Source: Thraustochytrium aureum | Lineage: Eukaryota | Reading direction: 5' to 3' | DNA: 64,000 bases | Assembly (NCBI GenBank): GCA_012862495.1 | Contig: BLSG01000345.1 | Span: 1 to 64,000, forward strand | Shown: one piece after another, positions 10,951 through 20,581 of the stretch | Numbering within the stretch: the stretch's first letter is position 1 | Layout: each line of letters begins with the position of its first letter | Program-made: the position numbers and the translations under genes | The notes under the pieces: model-generated | Database searches by the model: none | What the model saw: only the letters and a program-made list of their open reading frames with translations | What the model was told of the DNA's origin: nothing

Positions 10951-11621
10951 GCGGAATTCTCTCGAGCGCATAGTTGAAGCAGCGGCTGTGCAGCAAGCAG
11001 TTCAGGTCCTGTAGTAAACCCAAACACACTCCAAACCTTGCGCGTTCGCCCCGTATTTGCCTAAACCCCTTGTTGCGCGCTGTCTGTGGCGAGCGTTGAG
11101 GATCCCGAGCTCACAGACCTCGGTTCTCATTGCCTGCTCGACACCGCCGCACCAAGCCCTTTGCCGTGTCCCGCCTTGTGGCGAGCGCGGTCGTGCCGGC
11201 GTGTGGCGCCTCTGACGAACCGGTCGGTATTCATGTCAGTCCTGTTTGGGCTCTCCCATCATGCCTCCAGTACTGGAGCAGCCAGCGCTGGGGGGAAAAG
11301 ACCCGTTGGGGACTCCGCAACGACTAGAGGGAGATAGGAAGACCACGTGCGGTGAGAGGCGAGCGTGCCAGGGGTCGCCGTTGCGTTTGCGTTCACAAGC
11401 AACTCCTCCACCTCAGTCTTTCATGCACATGTCCGTTGGCGGCGACTTTTGATTGATCTCAAGAGCACAACTACGTGCCTCCGTTCAGGGTTGACGCCCC
11501 GACCGGCTGCCAGAGCGCAGCGCACCAAAGCGGCTGCCAGCGCGCAGCGCAAGCGCCCGGAAAGGTGTGAACGACTGCCAGAGGTGCGGCTGGTGGCGCT
11601 CGAGGGCGAGGCAAACCAACC

Positions 11622-12800
11622 ATGTCAACAGCAAACGAGTCCACCGCGCTGCCCGGCCTGGACGAGATCGACCGCGGCAGCTTGCTCTTCCTCAAGGTGG
11701 AGCCGTGGGGCGGTGTGTTTCGAAGCTGCAAAGTGGTCGCGGACTGCGCTGCAGGCGTGGTTGGCCACCCAGGCGACGCAGCATCGTGTATCGACTTTTT
11801 GCACGGGTCGCCAGACGACGTTCCTCTGGGCAAGCACTGCGTGTGCAACATGATGTATGGTCGCCAAGGCGCGTCATGCCAAGGCTTTTCTGACGAAGCC
11901 GTCGTGTGGGGTGGTATCCAATCCCTTGTGCTGCTCCTCGGGCTCGGCGTGTGGGGCTCTGTGAGCGCAACGGGGCTGGCTGTGTGGCGCAATCGCGGCG
12001 TGCTCGCGTGGAGCCCAGCCATGGCAGCCCTTGTGACGTCGTGGTTTGTTTCACTCATCGGTGTTCTTTGGCCTTGCCTGCGGCTCACAGCGTACTTTGG
12101 GATGACCCCGATTCGGCCAAGTCTCTTAGCGCCTGGGGCGTCAGGAATGGGCAATGGAGTGATCCTGACGCAGTGCGCACTGGTCTGGCGCGCTGCACTT
12201 CGCGTTGTTACGCTTCGCCGAGCGGGATCTCCGACAACGCATTTGAGTGATCGCCGCGACCGCTACACCGTTGTCTTCATTAGCTTTGCGTTGGCCACGA
12301 CGGTTTTCGCTCTTTTGGCCAACGACATGGAGGGCAACGCCACAGTCGTCGGAATTGCCTATTACCTCGTCGTGCTCGCATTCTACCTAGTTTGGGGTCG
12401 CCGCGTCCAGAAAATGCTGGGTGACGGTTTTCCCTCCCCGGAGGTTCGATTTTCGGTCACGAGCATCCAGAGGTTTATTCGCCGCACGATCCTGTTTCTC
12501 GTGTCCTTTTTCCTGTGCGCACTCTGCTTTCTTCTCTCCGGAACCGAAACCTCGACGCAGCTTTCCATCCCAGCATTTGCTTCTGCCGCTTTACTGGGGA
12601 TCCAAGCCTCCAGCACTCTATGCACGTACTGGGTGGCGCAATACGCCTCTGCGCCACTTCTCCGCCAGCTTCCCCGGGGCAGTCGACTGGTAGGAAGCAA
12701 GGTGGTTCCAAGGCCCTCGATCTCGTTCACCATCCTCAACGGCCTCTCCTCATCGCGAAGCAAGCTCCCAGCAGTGCCGCACAACCCGCCAACGGGCTAG
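11622..12800 (+). CDS. Putative 7TM (GPCR-like) protein with N-terminal Cys-rich EGF-like region
   Basis: 392 aa; six N-terminal Cys ending in CVCNMMYGRQGASC, then about seven hydrophobic segments and a Ser-rich tail. Confidence 0.65.
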   Translation: MSTANESTALPGLDEIDRGSLLFLKVEPWGGVFRSCKVVADCAAGVVGHPGDAASCIDFLHGSPDDVPLGKHCVCNMMYGRQGASCQGFSDEAVVWGGIQSLVLLLGLGVWGSVSATGLAVWRNRGVLAWSPAMAALVTSWFVSLIGVLWPCLRLTAYFGMTPIRPSLLAPGASGMGNGVILTQCALVWRAALRVVTLRRAGSPTTHLSDRRDRYTVVFISFALATTVFALLANDMEGNATVVGIAYYLVVLAFYLVWGRRVQKMLGDGFPSPEVRFSVTSIQRFIRRTILFLVSFFLCALCFLLSGTETSTQLSIPAFASAALLGIQASSTLCTYWVAQYASAPLLRQLPRGSRLVGSKVVPRPSISFTILNGLSSSRSKLPAVPHNPPTG

Positions 12801-13465
12801 CCTTGCACAGCTTGCTTCACGCCCAGTCAGTCAATCAGCAAAGACTTGAGAACCTGCGCGCTCCAGTGCCAGCCGTGTGGAGCCGAGCTGCCGCAAGGAA
12901 TCAGGTGTGCCGTGCCTGGAAGCACCGCGTCGTCCGCACTTGGCTTCGCCAGTTTCTTGGGTGCAATTCTCAATTGTCTTGGGTGCAAGCACGCGTGGTC
13001 AGGACGCGCAGCGAGAGTTGATCGTGGTCACAGTTTCGTTTCGCTGGTGATGAGCGAGCACGCTCTTCTGTGGCATTGCGCAACCGCTGCCGAAGCAGAA
13101 CCACGAGCAGGTTGCGGTCCTTCAGCAGTGGGGGGGACAACGAACTTCGGGTTGGTTAGTGACTACTAGTACTACTTTGCGTACCGGTACTCTGTACTCT
13201 CTGCTACCTCTGCCGCCTCGGAAATGGCTGTTCTGCTTTTTGCATTTTGGCGTTGGAGAATCGGGGCTTGCGCGCGGCCAGACGCGCTGGCGAGGGCGTC
13301 CAGGACGATATCGAGTGGCACTTGCTGGCCTGCGCCGAGGGAGGCGAGTCTCTCGACGAACGACTACTGAACACCCGCGGCGGGCGAGCGGGTGGAGCGG
13401 CCGCGGCGCTAGGGCGGTCGGTCGGTCGGTCAGTCAGTCGATTGCGTGACCGGTTCGACGGTTTG

Positions 13466-13466
13466 A

Positions 13467-13514
<48 letters not shown>

Positions 13515-13556
13515 CAGTCTGGCAGAGGCACGCACGCACGCACAGTCTGGCAGAGG
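13466..13556. repeat. (GCAC)n microsatellite plus duplicated gcacgcacagtctggcagagg module directly upstream of an ATG
   Basis: About 12 GCAC units at 13466-13515; the module repeats to 13556. Confidence 0.9.
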
Positions 13557-13560
13557 ACGT

Positions 13561-14421
13561 ATGGGGAGGCCTACCGCGTCGGCAAGGACCACGCGGACCG
13601 CCGCCGTGTGCCTTTGTGCGGCCTTCGCGCTGGCGCTGTTCGCGACGGTAAGCCCGGTATGGCTGTGGCAGACAGGGCTGGCGGGCCAGGCCGATGCGCA
13701 GCTAGCAGAATTGTCGACCGGGCCCTTCGTGGCGTCGGCGACCAGCGGGCAGGTGGCCTGCGCCGCCTCCGCGGCGTGTTACATGAAACAGGGCTGGAAC
13801 CGCGTGAGCGACTTCAACGCGACACTGTGCCAGCAGCCATACTTTGACAAGCTCGGCAAGTACGGGTTTTGTAACGGCGGCGTCAACGGCACGGTGCAGA
13901 CGCCGAGCCAGCTTGTCGCCATCCAGGGCCTCACTGTGACCTGCACCGTCGGGCTCTTTCTGTCGTCACTCATGGCCGTGTGCGCCCCAACAGCAGGCGG
14001 CCGACAGCTTGCGTTGGCTGCTGGCCTCATGAGCGGAACCAGCTCAGCGAGCGCTGCCGCGGCGCTCGTCACCGCGGCGGTGGATCCCTGGTACAAAAGC
14101 TTTGGAACAGCCGGCGTCCTGCCGCTGCTCACAAGCGAGGCTCGCTGTGCCGGAGAAAGGTGCCTGTACCTTCAAGAAAGCCTCATCCTTCGAAACGGCC
14201 CCGCGTTCTGGTGCCTCCTTGCTTGCACCGTGATTTCCCTCTTCGCCTCTGTGGCGATCTGCGCCGTCATGAACCGCCTCGACAGCTTGGACGAAGTCGA
14301 AGGCATGTACGGTGCAGGAAGCCCTGTGCCAGGTGGACCCGTCGGCTTTGCCGAGCCCCACGACGTCCCGTACGACGACCACACGGCATACTATGTGTAC
14401 AGCGAGTTCAAACGAAAATAG
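13561..14421 (+). CDS. Four-TM membrane protein, paralog of 10123-10950
   Basis: 286 aa; same TM and Cys pattern and shared motifs, including GPAF and LDSxDxxxGxYG. Confidence 0.75.
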   Translation: MGRPTASARTTRTAAVCLCAAFALALFATVSPVWLWQTGLAGQADAQLAELSTGPFVASATSGQVACAASAACYMKQGWNRVSDFNATLCQQPYFDKLGKYGFCNGGVNGTVQTPSQLVAIQGLTVTCTVGLFLSSLMAVCAPTAGGRQLALAAGLMSGTSSASAAAALVTAAVDPWYKSFGTAGVLPLLTSEARCAGERCLYLQESLILRNGPAFWCLLACTVISLFASVAICAVMNRLDSLDEVEGMYGAGSPVPGGPVGFAEPHDVPYDDHTAYYVYSEFKRK

Positions 14422-14442
14422 CCGCCTTGTGTATTCATGGCC

Positions 14443-14638
14443 TCAAGGCTCTGCGCCCCTCGCGCCCGGCGCCCGCGGCTTGAAGAGCGCGGCCGCAACC
14501 TCATATGCCCTAACCAGCTCGCGAAAGCCCTCCGCCGAGCCGCCCGCATCAGGGTGCAGCGCCTTGGCTCGGACGCGGTACGCCCGCTTCAGCTCAGAGC
14601 GCTTCTTCGGCGGCCCGTCCAAGCCAAGCACGCCCAGC
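14443..14638 (-). CDS. J-domain (DnaJ) protein, partial; 5' end in gap
   Basis: VLGL...ELKRAYRVRAKALHPDAGGSAEGFRELVRAYE contains the HPD motif. Confidence 0.8.
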
Positions 14639-15057
14639 NNNNNNNNNNNNNNNNNNNNNNNNNNNNNNNNNNNNNNNNNNNNNNNNNNNNNNNNNNNNNN
14701 NNNNNNNNNNNNNNNNNNNNNNNNNNNNNNNNNNNNNNNNNNNNNNNNNNNNNNNNNNNNNNNNNNNNNNNNNNNNNNNNNNNNNNNNNNNNNNNNNNNN
14801 NNNNNNNNNNNNNNNNNNNNNNNNNNNNNNNNNNNNNNNNNNNNNNNNNNNNNNNNNNNNNNNNNNNNNNNNNNNNNNNNNNNNNNNNNNNNNNNNNNNN
14901 NNNNNNNNNNNNNNNNNNNNNNNNNNNNNNNNNNNNNNNNNNNNNNNNNNNNNNNNNNNNNNNNNNNNNNNNNNNNNNNNNNNNNNNNNNNNNNNNNNNN
15001 NNNNNNNNNNNNNNNNNNNNNNNNNNNNNNNNNNNNNNNNNNNNNNNNNNNNNNNNN

Positions 15058-15721
15058 GAGGATTGGGTTTTTCTCCGTGTTTGCGGTGACGGGGTCGGTC
15101 GCCTCGGTCGCCTACACGCTCAAAACGGACGAGGCGATGCTGTTCATGGCGCAGGAGTCGTATCCAGGGGTCGTGCGCGCACTCGCGCCGTACATTGGCC
15201 TCCCGGTTGTCGAAGAGACTGGCGAGCTTGATGAGGAAGCGTTCTTTCCGCGGCACATCTCGGAGCTCGTCGGCGAGACCGTGCAGGTGGCATGCACGAC
15301 GCGTGCTGGCCAAGTCCACGTGGTAGAGGCCCCTGCTGATGCCGACGAAAAGACAGTGTATAGGCTTTTGGAAGAAAGGCTTGGCCCAGGCTCGCTCTCT
15401 GCAGACCCTGTCGCAACGATCGCCTTTGTGGACGCCGACGAGGCCGCCAGCCTGCTCAACATGACGGCGGAGGAAAAACAGTTGCAGGTTGGCGAAGCCC
15501 TGGGCCTTCAAATCGCCCCAGTGCCACCGCCCGGCGTTTTGTCCAAGACGGACTTGCACAACCTGTTGGTGTACTACCGCGACAGGGAGCTAGCCGTGAA
15601 GACTCAGATCGCCTTGGGCCAAAACCACGGGTTTGCCACACCGCTGCACGACGCCGCGCTGGACAAGATCGAGCTGTTCAAGACCGAGATCAAGCAGCGG
15701 CTAAAGTCGGGCCGCTACTGA
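15058..15721 (+). CDS. Hypothetical protein with N-proximal TM, partial; 5' end in gap
   Basis: Open ~220-codon frame with typical codon bias; hydrophobic FFSVFAVTGSVASVAYTL. Confidence 0.65.
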
Positions 15722-16027
15722 TCTCGTTGGCCGGCGTGGAGGTTAGCTTTTTGGATAGAGTACTTTCTTTTTTAAACCGAAAGGCCGAGCAAGCGCAAGC
15801 GCCGCACAGCTACGCAGGTAGTATACCTGGCCCTATTCTGAGCATCGCCCCTCAGGCTGCCTTGCCTGGACCAATAGTCAGAGCACACTTCCCGGGAACG
15901 CCTGCGCCGCCCGCGGCCAACGGGACGAAGAAGGTCCGTTGTTCACGTCGCACGGCAAGCGCAAAAGCGCTCCTTGCTTCGGGGTCCGCCGAGCGCCTGC
16001 GTCAGCGCGGCTCGAGCTCAAAAGGCG

Positions 16028-17515
16028 TCAGGCCGCAACAGCGGAGCCGCCGCCGACGCGCAGGCGGTGGACCTGCTCGGACACAGCGGCCAGAAGAGGA
16101 CCACTAGCGACGTCGCCGATCTTCAGCTCGGCAAGAGGGTCGCCGCGTGTTGCGCCGGCGTTCAGGATCGCGATGGGCTTGCCAGCTGCTGCGGCCGCCT
16201 TGCAAAGCCGAAATGCCGAGTAGACGGAGAGCGAGGTCCCCACCACCAAGACCTTGTCCGCCTCCGCGATCATCGCAAAAGAGCGCTCCCGGACCGCTGC
16301 GGGCACGTTTCCCCGAAAANNNNNNNNNNNNNNNNNNNNNNNNNNNNNNNNNNNNNNNNNNNNNNNNNNNNNNNNNNNNNNNNNNNNNNNNNNNNNNNNN
16401 NNNNNNNNNNNNNNNNNNNNNNNNNNNNNNNNNNNNNNNNNNNNNNNNNNNNNNNNNNNNNNNNNNNNNNNNNNNNNNNNNNNNNNNNNNNNNNNNNNNN
16501 NNNNNNNNNNNNNNNNNNNNNNNNNNNNNNNNNNNNNNNNNNNNNNNNNNNNNNNNNNNNNNNNNNNNNNNNNNNNGCATACAGTACAACCAGGAACGAC
16601 AAAGTCGGCAAAGTCCTGCGCGGCGATGTTCGCGTCCCCGTCCGCACGGATGTCGAGCTTGTCCTCCCCCGGCATATGAGCCGTGAACCACTCCGCGTTT
16701 GCCCGATGCACAGAGCGCTGAAACTCGCGCCTCGAAAACTCAGCTGCGCAGCTCAGGCAAACCACGCCGTGCGTGTGCCCGTGTAGCTCGAGCACGTCGC
16801 GCGACCCAGCAGCTTGGTGGAGGCGGTCGACGTTCTGGGTGATGATTCCGCTCACGACGCCGTTGCGCTCCATCTCGGCCAGCGCGACGTGCCCGGCGTT
16901 CGGCTCGGCGCTCTCAAAGTACGTGGACGCCACCACGGCGCGCGACCAGTAGCGCTTCCTGAGCGTGGCGTCACTGATGAATTCTTGGTGAGTCATTGGC
17001 TTGTGCCCTGCGCCCCGGACCTCGTCAGCTGCCCGAGCACACGGCGCCGCTCTAGCCTCCCTCAAGCCAGCCTCCTTCAAGCCAGCCTCCCATGCCTCCC
17101 AACCAGCTCCGCAGAGCCGAGCGAGCACTCGACGCGCGCATCGAATCCTCACCTTTGCTGTACGAGCCCTTGTCGGGTGACCGGTAGTCGGGGATCCCGC
17201 TCTCCGTGGAAACCCCGGCGCCCTGCTCAACCCAAGCGCGCGGCGATCGGCAGTCCAAGTCAGTGCTTCGCCGCTACCCCGCCTCCGTGCAGGCCCGAGC
17301 GCGTGGTGAGGGCTGCGCGAGCGGGTTTCGGTTCGCGCCGCCATGCCCGCCATCCTGCCCGTCCACTCACCGTAATCACGCAGATCTTGGGCTGCGAAAG
17401 GCCGCGCGCAGCGACGACAGGGCACTGCGAGACGAACTCCGTCAGGCGCTGCAGGTCCGCCGCGCCCACTGCGGCGCGCGCGAGCCGCGGCACGAAAGTT
17501 GAGCTTCATCTTCAT
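16028..17515 (-). CDS. SIRT4: NAD-dependent sirtuin, class II (SIRT4-like); introns 17223-17370 and 17008-17152; frameshift at ~17495; spans an N gap
   Basis: Spliced ICVIT/GAGVSTESGIPDYRS.../HKPMTHQEF, RYWSR, TQNVDRLH, ELHG, CxxC zinc ligands, DIRADGD and VGTSLSVYS. Confidence 0.85.
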   Translation of the reverse strand: MKMKLNFRAAARARRSGRGGPAAPDGVRLAVPCRRCARPFAAQDLRDYGEWTGRMAGMAARTETRSRSPHHALGPARRRGSGEALTWTADRRALGLSRAPGFPRRAGSPTTGHPTRARTAKVRIRCARRVLARLCGAGWEAWEAGLKEAGLREARAAPCARAADEVRGAGHKPMTHQEFISDATLRKRYWSRAVVASTYFESAEPNAGHVALAEMERNGVVSGIITQNVDRLHQAAGSRDVLELHGHTHGVVCLSCAAEFSRREFQRSVHRANAEWFTAHMPGEDKLDIRADGDANIAAQDFADFVVPGCTVCXXXXXXXXXXXXXXXXXXXXXXXXXXXXXXXXXXXXXXXXXXXXXXXXXXXXXXXXXXXXXXXXXXXXXXXXXXXXXXXXXXXXXXFRGNVPAAVRERSFAMIAEADKVLVVGTSLSVYSAFRLCKAAAAAGKPIAILNAGATRGDPLAELKIGDVASGPLLAAVSEQVHRLRVGGGSAVAA

Positions 17516-18082
17516 GACTCTGATTGATTGAGAACTGATCACGATGTTCTGTGTCCGGTTACTACTAGTAGTGTGGAGGCCAGGCGGGCGCAGCCATTTT
17601 CTTTTCTCTTTTCTTTCGAGGTGTCAGCAGCCCGTGATGCCGGTCGACCGTCGCACTGGTTGACCGAGAGGTGGTCAACGGCTGGCCTGGAGCTGGCCTG
17701 GAGCAAACACGTGCGCACTGCCGGCATGCTACCCTTTAGATCGATTGATGATTGGTTTTTGATCGAGTCCTGTTCATGAAAACAGGCAAGAAAAATAGCC
17801 CAGTGCCAGTTGACCCCTGGCAACCACGCTGCAGTCAGACACCAAACGCCCGACAGACGAGAGCTGCTGTTCAGGTGCAAAGAGCCAACATCACCAGCCT
17901 GGTTCGCAGGGCGCAGGGCGCAGTGCGCGTGGCCCGTTGGAGGCGGCCTCGGACGCCAGGTGCTCGCTCATATCACTCACTGTGCTCGCTCGCCACGCAA
18001 CTCACTCACTCACCTTGTCGCACTCGAGCATCGGGAAGAGAGCAACCAAAACGTATCTTGTGAGAATCGCGGGCTGTCAGGG

Positions 18083-20484
18083 ATGCGCAGCGCGGCGGCT
18101 CTCGTGGCTCTGTCGCTTGCGCTGGGGCCGGCTGGCACAGCGCGCAGCTCTGCGCCGGTCACGCTCGGCGCCGTGGTCTTTGAAGGCGACATCGATGCGG
18201 TGGCGTTTGGCGAGGTCGTCGCGGTTGCACCACACGGCGCGCTCGCCAGTCCTCACCACAAGATACCTGCGCCGCTGTGGTCGGTGCTGCTGCGCTGCGG
18301 AGCGGCTGGCGTCGTTGAGCTGGACGCGAGGGCTCATGTGGCGCGAAAGGCCCTCCGCATCATCGAGGCGAACGGAACGCGCGTGGGCCTCGAGATGAGC
18401 TGGCACGGGGTCGCAGCAGTCAGTCCAACAGGCAACGGAACGGTGGGAGCTGTTAGCGTTCGCGCGCGCAGGGCTGGCGCAGCACTTTCCGAAGTCGTCC
18501 AGCTCGAGCTCGCGGTTCAGAGCAAACTCTGCCAGCTGGAATCGTTCACACTAGCTGTCGGTGTCGGGGCAGCGCTCGCTGCGGAGAGGGAAGGCGGCAG
18601 AGGGGCGGGAAGAAGCGCAAAGCCCGCGTTCCACGTCCTGGAGAATCGGGGGTTTGGCGTGCTGCGCGACTGTACTGACCTCCCGTGCAGCAGCGGTTCT
18701 TTCGGGAGTCAGTTCCCCTCGGATCGAGCCGCGTTCCAGTTCATTGGCGCTTTCCGCGGCCCGCACTCTGATCCGCGCGGTGGACTCTATTTTGCCGCTC
18801 ACGATGGGGGCCACAGCGCAAAGACACTTGGCTTCGACGGCAGCGTGCTGCGCGTCGTCCAACCCGTCCCGCACGACGTAGTGGCGACGCGGTCCTGGTA
18901 CCCGGTGGCGATCGGAGCGCTTCGTCAAGACTGGTATGATGCAGCAGAGAGGTACCGAGCCTTTGCCCTGCCCTCGATGCGGTCGACCGGCCAGCTCCCC
19001 CTCAGTGAACGCGCGGACGTTCCGCTGTGGGTGCCGAGCCTCACGACTTGGCTCAACACGCACTGGCAAGAGCTTGACCGGTTCAACAAGTCTGGGGGGA
19101 TCCTAGCACCGTTGAATCAGCCTTGGCCGCAACCCTGGAAAGGCTCGCGCCGCGAGGCCGTGTTGGCCTGCACTGGTACGAGTGGGACCTCCTTGGGTAC
19201 AGCGCAGCCGAGCCATACGGGCGCTGCGAGGCTGCGCACTGCGGTTTCGACACCAACTACCCTGACTATTGGCCAACTCGCCCCGGCTTTGCTGCTGCGG
19301 CCGCCCGCATCAACGCAGCCGGCCGCGCAGTGGTGACTCCGTACATAAACGGGCGCTTGTTTGACGTTGCATCCACACAGTGGAACGTCACGGCCCACGA
19401 GGCCGCCGCCAAAGTTCCAGCCTCTGGCGCACTCTACCTGGAGGAGTACGGCTCTGGGGCGCGGCTTGCCGTCATGTGCCCGTCGACGCCGCACTGGCAA
19501 CGCATACTTGCTGGGATTGTGGGAGATCTGGCGGGTTCTGACTTGCAGCTGGACAGCGTGTACATCGACCAAGTTGCGGCCGCTGGTGCTGTCCCGTGCG
19601 GCGACGCCTCGCACAAGCACCCGATTAACAGCTGGGCCGCGGGCTACCGTGCTGCGGCGTCCCAAGCGCGAGCAGCAGCTGGCGAGCGACGGCTCTTCAT
19701 CATGACTGAAGGGCTGAGTGAAGCTTGGCTAGGCGGCTTGGACGGATATCTGGACTTGGACGCCGGCGAAGTCCCAAGCACGGGCGACGAGCAGATCGTC
19801 CCTGCCTTTCAAGCCGCGTTTGGCGGCTGGTTTGTGTCGATGGGCTCAAAGTTCTACCGAAAAGACCTCGCAGAGGATCCTAACGTTTTCGCTGTCAAGA
19901 TAGCGCGCCAGCTTGTACTGGGGTCTCAACTCGGCTGGTTTGCCCTCGGAGGCACGTCTCAACCTGAAAAAGGAGAATCGATGCGTCTCGCAGAAACCCT
20001 TGTTTCTCGCCGAGCCGACGCTGCCGTGCAGTATTTCGGCGTGCTGGAAGGCGCACGACTCGAGTTTTCGCGCTGGTTTACATATGGGCGGGCCGCTCGA
20101 GCTCCAGCACTCCTTGCCAACCCCGATCCATTACCTATTGCTCAGCGCGACGCCGCACTGCAAAAGGGGGCTTGGACGAGGCCAGACGAGATCGGCCTTC
20201 TGGTTCTGTGGACCTGGGCAGAGATTGAGGCTCGACGCCATCAATCGATCAACGTCACGGTGATTCTCCAGCCTGGTCATCTGGAAGAGGCGCGTCTTGA
20301 CGCGTGCCCGCGAGGCAAGCTCGGCGCTGTGCACGAATACGTGGATGGTGTGTGGCGTCAAGGAGGAGGGTTTGACACGACCAAACTCTTCCGGCGGCAG
20401 ATGTTACCGATGCGCCCAGGCCAGGTCGTAGCGCTGCGTTTGTCGTGCAGCGAGTCGTTCGTTATGCAGTCGGAGATGGTATAA
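18083..20484 (+). CDS. Secreted DUF6259-like putative glycoside hydrolase (TIM-barrel); frameshift at G-run 19094-19099
   Basis: Signal peptide MRSAAALVALSLALG; DWYDAAERYR, HWYEWD, FDTNYPDYWP, PYINGRLFD, AVMCPST, VYIDQVAA and HKHP, as recalled for DUF6259 proteins. Confidence 0.7.
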
Positions 20485-20581
20485 TCGCGTGCGCCAAGCC
20501 GTACTTGGCGAGGGAATCGTGTTTTGTTTTCTTTAGAAATAGAGTTTTTTGCTGCACCTGCCGCGGCGCGACAGCGTTCCG

